From Sarea resinae (Eukaryota), in the NCBI GenBank assembly GCA_026026165.1, contig JAPEUD010000012.1:186001-250000 (forward strand): DNA of 64,000 nt, given 5' to 3'. Each line of letters starts with the position of its first letter. Within the stretch, counting starts at the first letter, position 1. The notes under the pieces are model-generated. The model was not told where the DNA came from. It worked only from the letters and a program-made list of their open reading frames with translations, and did no database searches. The position numbers and the translations under genes were made by a program. Below, one piece after another: positions 11,292 through 22,334 of the stretch.

Positions 11292-13254
11292 CACGGTGGA
11301 TTCGAGCCTGCAAGCGTGGGCCACGGGCTTTGGTCGAATGGTATCTTCATGGGGTGATGCTATTCCTTGAGATGTCGGGGAGGAATGCGTGGCTCCAAAG
11401 AACGCCTGAGCTGAAGCACGTCCAGACAAGCAAGGTTACGGTGACGATTGATCGCGTAGGAGAGTATCGTGACTTGCAAGAACAAGAAGGTAAAGTCCAT
11501 GCATCCGAGGAGGATCTTCGTCACCGCTGGAAAGTACCACGTTGCCGCGCTGCAGCCGACGGCGGTAGAAGTATCCTAGACCTCTAGCTACAGCTGTGTA
11601 AGGGAAGAGGTACTGGTTCGGAGTACCTCAGGTGGTACCTTAGGTATCACTCCGTTATTCTATTGATGCTTACCTTACCTCCTAGCGACTGCATTACCAT
11701 TTGTATTGAAGACTACCTAGTGGGAAATTTTCCTATCTAAGGCACCTGATGTATGTGGTGGCAGGCGCCCACTGAACGGCCACAATCACCTTTGTGGTAG
11801 AAGGTTTGGCATTGTCCGCCGGCCCGGCTGATGAAGATGATGAAGATGATGATGATGATGGAGTAAGGCATTGCGTAGGTACCTAGGTACTTCTCCGTGC
11901 CATCTGGCTACCTACTAGAAACCTAGATACTTTGCCTGAGGTTCAGATTCGGTGCATCATCTTCAGATTCGGTACCTCGAGTGCGCAGGAATAGCTGACG
12001 ATACTAAGTTCTACTTCTGTCGACTTCCGCTTTCGATTTCATGGTAGGTAGGTAAGACTACTCATAGTACGCTGTAGGTAGGTAGCGATCAACCCATAGG
12101 TAAATCTGTCAGCTTCCGGTTGGCGAAGAGGGGGGCCGAGGCCGAACCTACCTGAGGTGGGCTCGCCACGATTCGAGTTGAGTCAAACGACAATAACAGT
12201 AATTCTTTTTTTCGGTGCATGTGGCGGTTCCTTATTTGACGAGATGTTACAGATCGTGGCTGCAGCATGCTCAGATGACCGATACTGGACCATCAGCTAC
12301 TACCTTATGAGCTTTGATTCAGCATCCATTAACGAGGTTCATGATGAGGTACAGCGTAGGTTCTCGGACTTGACTACCTGATAAGATTGCGGGAAACTTA
12401 CTCCTTGGGAGCTAGAACGAGAGGCGCAAATGACATAGTACGGAGCATTAGTCTATCAGATAAAACCTACGAACTGGATCTCAGACGTCGGAAAGCCACA
12501 TAGTGACATAGATGATAACCACCAGGCATGGAACGTGGCCATATCGCCTGGAATGTACAATTTCAATTCAAGGACCACTCGATCTCTGCTTTGTGCATGC
12601 GAAAAGCCGAATCGTACGCAATAAAGTTCCCAGGGCCAACCCCTACAACAGGGTAAGGAGTGGTTCACTGGTTGCGTGGTTCCGCTATCTGCAGGATTCC
12701 AGATCAAATATTCTAATCTCAAATTCACAATTCCCGTGTTCCGATATTGAGACATCAAGTCATCAAGTTCTTCAAAGGCAAAGATGGGAAGATTATTCTC
12801 CTCCCCGATATTACTGCGTTTTCCCGTCCGCCGTCCGCTACGCAGTAAGTTTCGGTAACGATTTGGGCAAGAACAATAATCACGCGGTTTGAACATCTCA
12901 GACGAAATTCCGGCCAAGGCAAGGATCCATAAAAAATTTCAAATTTGGGTTGTCTTCAAGTAGGTACATGAGAGAGGTAGCTTTACGACCAAGAAGTTTG
13001 CCCCTGAGTAAGATGAGCTTGTTTCTCGGCGAGGACGGTTCTAAGACACGGTAGCTAAGATAGCCGGAAGGCCAGGGACTATGCGAAGGTGTGGGTGTCG
13101 TAATCATCATTTAATCTCCCAATGATGCTCCGCAGCATGGAAAAGCGATTGTTTTCTGTTTTGGTTTTACCCGTTCGGGCATTCGCGTAATGGGAGGAAC
13201 AACAAACACACGGGCGGCGCTGTGAGCAGACTCAAAAAGGTGGCGACTGATGAT

Positions 13255-13256
<2 letters not shown>

Positions 13257-13287
<31 letters not shown>
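13257..13287. repeat. Poly-G tract (~31 nt)
   Basis: Uninterrupted G run in the VAC7/WEE1 intergenic region. Confidence 0.9.
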
Positions 13288-13288
<1 letters not shown>

Positions 13289-14361
13289 TCCTCCTCCTGA
13301 CCTGATTCGTTTCACATGCGTGAAGTGTTGCTGACCCATGGAAGCATGGAATGGATGTGGTTGACGTCTAACTGTTGGAGGCCTGATGTGTCGGATGACG
13401 CAGCGCCAGTCGGCAAGACGGCGGAGGTGAGGTGTGGTTTGGGTTGCTGACGTGCACGAGATCCTTTGATCTGGATGACGAGCTGGACTCTGATCTCCAG
13501 TGGCTCTGGCTCCGACGACGATGGTTCTGTCGCCGACTGGTTCTCCAGTCAATGGACGGCGATAAAAGTAGACTCATGCAGAGTGTTTCGCTGCCTTATC
13601 CGTCTCGGGCCGCTCCTTGTTGATTCGTGCCCACCACTGCAGCACGATTAGGTACTCTGATACGTAGGTAGGAAAATAGGAAAGATCCCTAAGGTAGGCC
13701 CGTCGATACCTGATGAGGAGGTACCCTGGCCCCGACCAGGTGGAGGATGGCCATTGGTTTCAGGGGCAACAGAGACTTGCCAGATGGTACGGAGTAGATG
13801 CCTAACCAATGGCAGACTGCATTTCGGTGATTTTCTTTCCCCATTGTTCCTTTCCCAAACACACACGCAATTCCCTGAGGGCGATGTACCACGAGCGTCT
13901 CGGAGGAGCCTCCGAAGTACCAATACGCGCAAGTGGGCTCCAGGTCAAGCTCTCAGGCAAATGCAGTACGCTCGTGGGGAGGTGAGAGAGGTAACAGTAC
14001 TTCTTCTTAGGTACAGTACCTCCTTACGACGTACTCGGAACGGAGAACAACCACCTAAGAGAACGCGTGGTCCAAATCGAGCCGACACCCTGCCCATAAT
14101 ACTCTGCTGCACAACAGTACGAGTACAAAGTACATGCATACCCACTCCCACGCCCGCCCACCACCACCACCACCACTACCACCCTGCTCCTACACGCACA
14201 CGATTCTCACTCTTTCACTACTCACACATATTTTCGAACTTCACACCTCCTTGCATCCCTCTCTGCACCTATCTTCATATCGAAACATAGCCATCCCGTG
14301 GGCGCCTAATTCGAGATCGGCTTTCGATAGAAGACTCGGTGCATCATCCTGTCGGATCGAA

Positions 14362-14389
14362 ACGCGTCCGTGTCCCTTGAAACACGCGT
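14362..14389. promoter_or_regulatory. Two MCB boxes (ACGCGT) upstream of WEE1
   Basis: ACGCGT at 14362-14367 and 14384-14389. MCB/MBF control of G1/S genes is established in ascomycetes. Confidence 0.55.
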
Positions 14390-14920
14390 CTGCTCTGTTT
14401 ACCGCCTGTCTCATCGCTCCCAGACGTCAACATCCAATCGCGCCAGCTAGTGCGCATCATCATAGAAACGACGGCATCACGGCTGAGGTTCGAGAGGTTA
14501 GGAAGAGCACGGGGAGGCCGCCAGAATCTTCAACTGGTCGAGCATGACCGTGTCTTCCTGAGTCATCCATCGTGCACTTCTTCGGGAGCGCGTTGACGGC
14601 GCCGTGATCCGGTGACGCCGACTCCGACGCCATCTGCATATCTCTCCTCCATTCCTTCGGAGACAGATCTGGCCTAATCGCGCTTGTACTGTTTACCTTA
14701 CTGTTGTCACATCGGAGTGACCCTCATCTCATCATAGCTGCTCGCAACATCGAGTCGCTTTCCTTGCAAACAGACCCGAACGGTTGCTTCAACAGAGCCA
14801 TCGACAAATCTACTGAAGAATTGGCCCTTGCTCTTGATAAGCTTGCTTCACTTGTCTCCGGTTTTGTGTGTTGACGCGACTCGTGATCTGTCCTAGGAGG
14901 GACGGACTACCACATCAGAA

Positions 14921-17900
14921 ATGGTCGCGACTTACTCCCCGCATCGCGATGCGGGTGGCACTCTCCACTTCCCTTCTCCAACTCACATTCACCACGTCGA
15001 TGCCTCATCAGCTTTGCGACAGCTGCGGCGTTCACTGTCAAGATCGCCATCCAAAGGTCCCACCTTTCGACTGGTGACATCCAAATCGCCTTCTCCATCG
15101 CCCAAATCGCCTCTCTCGCCTTCTCCGCTGTCACCACCCGGAAGACCATCTTTTAATATGGTTAGCTGTGCCTCACCACTCGCAGTGCCTTTTCCACCTA
15201 GCGCCAAGATTCACCGTCCGACGAGTCGAAGATCTACTCCAATACGCGCGTCATCCAGGACAAGAACATCTCCGAGAAGCCCAGCGAAGCGTGCTTTGAG
15301 CGACTCCACGGATCACGGCAACGCAACGCCCGCCACTCCAGTGGCCCTTGATTTTATGGATGAGAAGAGGCAGTCAAGAAGTGCCAGCCCTATTGAAAAA
15401 CACAAGATGGAGCGAGGTTCTCGAAATGTTGGGATAGGAAATGCGGAGAACTCAACGCCATATTCCCAGACTCTGTTTAGGGGCGATAAGAGCTTTGCAA
15501 CGTCGTCGACATCGAGTCCCTTGAAGCGAAGTGATGGGAGCATGAACTTGGATCAAGCTAGCCTTGGAAGCCCAGTCGCGAAGAGACGGAGTTTGCATGG
15601 GGCCAGCTTTGGAGCTGATTTCAACATCTTCGATCACGCTCCTCCGCCTGCATCTGAAGAACGGAAGGATAACACGTCGCAAAATCCCGAAATGCTGCCT
15701 CCTCCCCAACCCGTTTCCAATGGAGGTTCTCCTTTTTTCACATCATTGCCGAAACGATCTTCATCGCTACGCAAATCAACATTGCAGCAACGACACAATG
15801 ATAAGCCTAGTTTTGCGCGCTCACGACCGAACATGGATGTTGGATTAGATTTCACAGTCCCTGGTCACGCGGCTGCAAAAAACAGAAATAGGTTGTCACT
15901 TGACAACCAGATGCCATCCGTTGGTCGAGATAGTCCCTTCTCTTCTCACGGAAATCTACCGAATGCGTCTATGCATATGATGCCCGAGCCGAGCAACGTT
16001 GCTCACAATTCTGATGGCCAGACCCTGCATCAACCTCACCCTCTTTCGCGGACCATGACCAATTCATCTTCCAACTCCAGCTTAGCCGATGACTCCCCAA
16101 CTCACGTCCCTCTAAGGCACGCAGAGAATCCGCGGTCCACAATAAACTTTTCGAAGTCTCTGCCCGTAGGGGCCTCAAGACCATTTGTCAACGATGATAT
16201 ATCCCGTGAAGCATCCACACAAGGCTCCTCGTCCGGATCTTCATTTGAGACGCCGCAGAATTACAAATTAGTTAAGCCTTTGCCGGCAGCTTTCATGTCC
16301 ACTGGACTGATATCAAAGCGCAACCGAAATGTTGAAGATCCTCAAGGATTAGGCGACAGCAAGTTCCATATGCCTGATACACCTTGCAAGAGACCAACAA
16401 ATATATTTGCGCCCGCTCCCGTGCCCGTTCCAGGGAGCGCGATGGGAAAGGCTCGTCAAGTCCGACATGCTTTCGGAACTCCCTCGACACCATTCAATCC
16501 GCATGTCCCATCTGCGTGCCCAGGAACCTTTGGCAAGGGTGTCAATATCTTTGGCAGTTCCTTCGGCAACGGTGCAGTGAGCAGGCGAGGCAGCTTTGTA
16601 AGTATCGACGGTGACGAAGGCCATCCATCCCCATCCGGCCTTGGTGATAGTCAATCAAGCACCGATTATGAGTTCCCTCCAACGCCTACCAAGCAAACTC
16701 CCGACGTTGCAGTATCCAGATCCCTTGGTCATAACGCAAGAAAAAGCCTCAATCAATTCGTTGACCGCAACCCTGAGTCAGCACCTGTTCCTCATGCTGG
16801 AGCTCAACCCTGGCAGCAGACAGTCGATTGTAAGTCACCTCCATCTCACGCATCACCCAAAAGAGTCAGCGGGAACACTCGTGAGACTGCCGTGGGCGGC
16901 TCCACCCGACCTCCTTTCTCACTATCATTTGCACGGTCCCGTTTGTCCCGTAATTCTCGTACTCGAGGCTGTCCAACACCCCTGTCCAAAAAGTCACTCA
17001 AAACATCTCCACCCAGTCCAAAGCAGTGCGAATTTACTAAAAGACGTCTTCTTTTTCCAGCAAGTCCGCTCGAACGATTGGCCCTCCCCGAACGTCTGTC
17101 CCCGCATACGCCGAAAGATAGTATCTTGCCCCCAGACCCGAGTGGTCTTTCCATCTCCGCACAGAATGATATCCCTGGGGATCTATCCAATGCCGGTTCA
17201 AGCGGTGCCTCTGCATTCCCTCCTGCCACACCGACTGCATCACGCGATTACTTCCCGACATTCCAGAAGAGAAGATCGAGCATCACTCCCATCAATGGCT
17301 TCGCCAGCACCGAGCTCGACGAGAGCTTGACGTCCAGATTCGGCAAGGTTGAATTAATTGGTATGGGAGAGTTCTCTCTTGTCTACCGTGCTACACAACC
17401 GGTGCGCCCTCTACCAGAGGCCTCGTATTTCCCCCAACAGGATGATAACGACGTCTCTACCGGGCCATCTTTGCCAAGTCAGGTTTGGGCCGTGAAAAAG
17501 GCAAGGCATGCTTTTGCTGGGGCCAAAGATCGACAGAGGAAGTTGCAAGAGGTGGCAGTGCTAAAAGCACTTGGCCAAGGTGATCATATAGTACAATATG
17601 TCGATAGTTGGGAAGAGAAGAATCATCTATACATTCAGACAGAAATGTGTGAGGAGGGCAGTCTTGATCTTTTCCTTGCGCAGGCTGGGAGAAAGGCAAG
17701 GCTAGACGATTTTAGGATTTGGAAAATCCTCCTGGAGCTGAGTCAGGTGGGTTTCATGTCCCCATATCTCTTACTGGCTGCTAACATCTTCCAGGGCTTA
17801 AAACACATCCACGATGCCGGATTCATCCATCTCGACTTGAAACCTGCTAATGTTTTGATCACCTTTGAGGGACTGTTGAAGATTGGCGATTTCGGCATGG

Positions 17901-18541
17901 CAGCATCGTGGCCAGCTGCACCAGGTATCGAAGGAGAGGGAGACCGCGAGTACATTGGACCAGAGATACTGATGGGCCAATACGACAAGCCCGCCGATAT
18001 TTTTGCTCTGGGTTTGATCATGCTTGAGATTGCAGGCAACGTGGAACTTCCCGACAATGGCCTCTCCTGGCAGAAGCTGAGGGCAGGCGACATGAGCGAT
18101 GTTCCTAGTCTGACGTGGAGTTCGGCAAGCAATATTTTCCGTGACTCGTCCGGAAACCCGCTTCCGCATGAGGACTCTGAAGGTGTTTATAGCTCTGACT
18201 CTGGTGTGGACGACTTGACGAATCCTGCCTTTATGGGTGGCCGATCCAGCGAGCGTAAGGATACCAAAGCCTCGCCATTTCCCCTCTCACGACCTGGCGA
18301 ATTAGCTCAGCCTCCGAGCTTCATGATGGACGCGAACAATGAACAGGCACTGGATGCGATTGTTCGCTGGATGATTTCACCTCATCCTGCAGACCGCCCG
18401 GTTGCTGATCAGATCCTGGGGAGCGCTGGTGTCCAATGGGTGGAGGCGCGAAGAAGAGCCGGTGCGACAGTGTTTGAAGGAAATTGGGGTCCGGCCGATG
18501 ATGTCCTGGCCGACCGGGATGCTGAGATGATTGACGTTTAG
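14921..18541 (+). CDS. wee1: Wee1/Swe1/Mik1-family CDK-inhibitory kinase; introns 17747-17794 and probably 16830-17060 (both in frame)
   Basis: Kinase motifs IGMGEFSLVY, AVKK, YIQTEMCEEGSL, HLDLKPANV, KIGDFG, EGDREYIGPE and LPDNGLSWQKLR are Wee1-type. The N-terminus is SP/TP-rich and contains PLPAAFMSTGLISK and MPDTPCK. Confidence 0.93.
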   Translation: MVATYSPHRDAGGTLHFPSPTHIHHVDASSALRQLRRSLSRSPSKGPTFRLVTSKSPSPSPKSPLSPSPLSPPGRPSFNMVSCASPLAVPFPPSAKIHRPTSRRSTPIRASSRTRTSPRSPAKRALSDSTDHGNATPATPVALDFMDEKRQSRSASPIEKHKMERGSRNVGIGNAENSTPYSQTLFRGDKSFATSSTSSPLKRSDGSMNLDQASLGSPVAKRRSLHGASFGADFNIFDHAPPPASEERKDNTSQNPEMLPPPQPVSNGGSPFFTSLPKRSSSLRKSTLQQRHNDKPSFARSRPNMDVGLDFTVPGHAAAKNRNRLSLDNQMPSVGRDSPFSSHGNLPNASMHMMPEPSNVAHNSDGQTLHQPHPLSRTMTNSSSNSSLADDSPTHVPLRHAENPRSTINFSKSLPVGASRPFVNDDISREASTQGSSSGSSFETPQNYKLVKPLPAAFMSTGLISKRNRNVEDPQGLGDSKFHMPDTPCKRPTNIFAPAPVPVPGSAMGKARQVRHAFGTPSTPFNPHVPSACPGTFGKGVNIFGSSFGNGAVSRRGSFVSIDGDEGHPSPSGLGDSQSSTDYEFPPTPTKQTPDVAVSRSLGHNARKSLNQFVDRNPESAPVPHAGAQPWQQTVDCKSPPSHASPKRVSGNTRETAVGGSTRPPFSLSFARSRLSRNSRTRGCPTPLSKKSLKTSPPSPKQCEFTKRRLLFPASPLERLALPERLSPHTPKDSILPPDPSGLSISAQNDIPGDLSNAGSSGASAFPPATPTASRDYFPTFQKRRSSITPINGFASTELDESLTSRFGKVELIGMGEFSLVYRATQPVRPLPEASYFPQQDDNDVSTGPSLPSQVWAVKKARHAFAGAKDRQRKLQEVAVLKALGQGDHIVQYVDSWEEKNHLYIQTEMCEEGSLDLFLAQAGRKARLDDFRIWKILLELSQVGFMSPYLLLAANIFQGLKHIHDAGFIHLDLKPANVLITFEGLLKIGDFGMAASWPAAPGIEGEGDREYIGPEILMGQYDKPADIFALGLIMLEIAGNVELPDNGLSWQKLRAGDMSDVPSLTWSSASNIFRDSSGNPLPHEDSEGVYSSDSGVDDLTNPAFMGGRSSERKDTKASPFPLSRPGELAQPPSFMMDANNEQALDAIVRWMISPHPADRPVADQILGSAGVQWVEARRRAGATVFEGNWGPADDVLADRDAEMIDV

Positions 18542-19729
18542 GTAGCTCGTGTTGCGGCTGCCTGGATAGAAAGGGTTTGGTTGGTATAGGACGCGCTTTG
18601 CTCCTACGCCGCCTCACAAAAAACTGGTGTTATGGTGTTTGAATTCGCTATAGTTCACTTGTGTTTGCCTTTTGGCTACGCAGGAGGCTGAGCGTGGTGT
18701 TAATCGTATCGAGGTGGATCTTTGTAGCTGGCTGATAAACGGCTTGGCTTTTGGGATGGTAGTATTGCTTTTTCTCCGTCACACGGTGACAACATTGGCT
18801 GTTTGCCTCTTCGGTCTTTACTTCTTCCCCTTCCTCCGAGCTCGGCAGATCTTGCTATGCTTTCTGATATGTCGTGGCAAGCTCTCTGCTGTTGCTCAAA
18901 AGCTATCAAGGAAAATCCGGACTGCAGTTGAGATATCTTTTATTTTCTCAACTTTTTTGAGTGACCACATCTTTACTTCTTTCTGTTTCGTCATACTGGG
19001 AATGTTAGCTTGGGAATAAGTGGTGGAGTTTATGTGGTCTCTGGTCGGCTTTGTTTATCTTGGCATGTACCATTTTCGTTGTTGCGTGGGTGAGCCGGAA
19101 ATCTCTCTGCTCCTTGACGAGCGCTTGCCTTACGATCTTATGAAGCGTTGTGCTGAGAGCGTGGCTTTGGACGCTGGTCATCTTTACTTTTTCTTGCTGG
19201 AAAGGGGCGGGAGCAATATGGCCGACGCAGGATACAGTTACCTTAGATAGCCATAGTGCAGCATTAGCTAGTTGAGATAGTCAGCAATCAAATAATGCTC
19301 TGCCTCGAGAGGCATGAGTTTTCAGTCAATGCAAAGTGTACAGGTACAGGAGCCGAGATCGATGGTGAAGGCTTTTGCTCTAGTCATGTAGGAGCTGAGG
19401 CATAACGAATAGACTGAAGGAGAGGCTCATACATATAGATAAAGGAGTAAGAGGAGAAATTACTGGTGCGATGATAGGAAAGTGTATCGTACTGGTAGTG
19501 GTATTTGTATTTGTATTTGTACGACGTTACGAAGCTACACTGTTTGGCGGGGATGGCTAGTGCTCCCTGGTGGGGCAGGTGTGACAGGTGTGGGCAGGAA
19601 CAGAAGCAGCCCACGTTACGTCGTCGGGCAACTGCGTTCAAGCCAAGCGCTAGAACAGCCATCCATCTTTGTCGTCGTTGTCGCCGTCGTCGCCGTCTCT
19701 CACCCTTCCTCAATTGATCACTCGCCACC

Positions 19730-21780
19730 ATGTCTCTCACCCAAGGTCTGTCCACGATGCTCATAACAATGCTCCCAGCAGGAGCAGCCAGAGCTCATCG
19801 CTGATGTTTGCAGATGCCATTTGGGCGGCGTCTCCCACCACGACACGCGGTCAGCCCACGCCTCTATCTGCAGATCCAAAAGGTGAACGGATAGCTTACG
19901 CCGTAAGTCTGCACTTAACCGGCCCGTGGCGTGCCAGATGAATGACTAATTCCATCGTTCCAATCTGCAGTCAAACAAATCCATCTTCCTCCGCTCCATT
20001 GACGAGCCCTCGATCAGCAAGCAATACACGGCTCATACCACACAAACTACAGTCGCCCGCTTCTCGCCTTCCGGATTCTACGTCGCTAGCGGAGATGTGG
20101 CGGGCACGGTGAGGGTATGGGACTGCGCTGGAGAAGGTGCCACGAAAGGTCTGTGAACTTCTTTCTGGTCGGCTACTTTTGTGAGCTATGCGCTGATATC
20201 CTGATTGATCGTATATAGGAGAATATAGCATCATCAGTGGCCGGATCAATGATATAGCTTGGGACGGTGACTCTCAACGAATCATTGCTGTTGGTCATGG
20301 TAAAGAGCGTTTTGGTCACTGTATCACGGCGGACAGCGGCAACTCGGTCGGAGAGATATCTGGTCATAGCGCGCAGATCAATTGTGTGTCAATAAGACAG
20401 CAGAGACCTCTCCGAGCAGCGACCGGCAGTGATGATAGTAGTATGGTTTTCTATCATGGCGCACCTTTCAAGTTCAATACCAGTCAGCGAGGCCAGCATT
20501 CCAACTTCGTATACGGCTCCGCGTTCAGTCCGGACGGAAGCACCCTGGTGACCGTTGGCGCCGACCGGAAAATCTGGTTGTATGACGGTAAGACTGGAGA
20601 GAAGAAAATACAAATAGGCGAGGGAGAGCACAAGGGGAGCATATTCGGAGTGTCGTGGTCAAAAGACTCGAAACGATTCGTCACCTCGAGTGCAGACCAG
20701 ACTGTGAAGATATGGGATGCAGAAGCAGGGAAGACGGTGCAAAACTGGAGGTTTGGTGATGAAGGGGTGGTAAACATTCCTGATCACCAAGTAGGAGTTG
20801 TTTGGCCATCCAGGAGCGACGGTCTAGTGATTAGTCTCAACCTAGACGGAGACCTGAATTATCTGGCGGAAGGGAACCCGAAGCCCGTGAAGCTGGTTCA
20901 AGGACATCAGAAGAACATCACTGCAGTAGGATCTATTGATGCTGCAGACTCCAAATCCGAAACACTTTGGACTGGAAGCTACGAGGGCCGCATATGCAGC
21001 TGGGACGTTGCTACTGGCTGGGGAGAAAAGGCAGGTGGTGAGACACATACAAATCAAGTATCTGGGATTGCAACTTCTGCGCAGGGCCAAGGCAAGATAT
21101 ACAGCGTCGGCTGGGACGACAGGCTACGGTCTATAGATGGTGCTTCGAAAGCCTTCAGCAGCGCCGCCATAGGATTAGGAGGCCAGCCGAAAGGTGTTGC
21201 CGTCGCTGACAGCAATGGTCCGAAGACGCTCGTAGCAACCAATAACGGGGTGGAGATCTTCCACGAGGATCAAAAGATTGGCGAACTTCTTGCAAAATTC
21301 GAACCCACGTCTATTGCAGCAAGTGACAGCCTGGTTGCCGTTGGTGCAAACGACCACATTGTCCGAATATACAATCTCGCCACCAAAGTCCTCGAGCCGA
21401 AGACTGAACTCAAGCAATCCGTCTCCTGGATCAGTGCCCTTGCCTTCTCTCCCGACGGCTCTCTCCTTGCCGTCGGTGACAACTCGGGAAAGATTGTCGC
21501 TTACAAGACGTCTGATTTCAGTGTCGCTACTAATAGGTGGACATCACATACGGCCCGCGTCACAAGCATTGCGTGGAATAAGGAGGGGACGCATGCGGTC
21601 AGTGGAGGGTTGGATACGAATGTCTTTGTTTGGAGTGTGGGAACGCCTGGTAGTAGAATCAAGACGACGAATGCGCACAAGGATGGCGTGAACGGCGTCG
21701 CGTGGGTTGGTGCCGATAAAGTCGTGAGCGCTGGAGGGGATGCGGCGGTCAAGGTCTGGAAAGTCAAGGGGCTGAAGTAG
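19730..21780 (+). CDS. AIP1: Actin-interacting protein 1 (WD40 double propeller); exons 19730-19745, 19814-19902, 19971-20148, 20219-21780
   Basis: Motifs P.TTRGQPT.LS.DPKGERIAY, TTVARFSPSGFYVASGD, INDIAWDGDSQRI, PLRAATGSDD and HGAPFKF, with many WD repeats and three canonical introns. Confidence 0.92.
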
Positions 21781-22334
21781 ATGAGATGGCGTTGGTTCAC
21801 ACTGAGAAACCGAATAAGACACAATTGTTGGATGTATCTATAAATCTTTGACGATGTTCATCAAAACTCTACCTTGATATGCGTGCCAATGCCGCCAGAT
21901 TACTCTACTAGAGGCGGGTCTACGTGTAGACGTCCAACGATTTGCCCCCAGACTTATGCCTAACATTCAGAAGAGTGACATTACGTTAGATTACCTCTCT
22001 ACCGCTGAAGGCGACCGATGTACGTAGTCGACGATACTTCTTATCATTTGCGTTTCTCGTCTTGTTGTCAGAGGATCATACTGATGTGTAGAAGTCAAGA
22101 ACTGCGGGGTCTAGGGCGAGGCTAGCTAAGGTCGCCATGTGTGCTGCCCAAAAGCGTATTTTTCGTATTGACTTCCCCGGATCTGCACGCGAAATACCTT
22201 AGCCAGACGTGCGACAGCAGATGCCAGACCTCGCATGCCACCAGGCCTATCAGCTGGTACACATTCCTAACATCACATCAAATCCCCCACCGCCAGAGGC
22301 AGAAGCCTCCGAGCATCACCATGCTAATAGCGAA

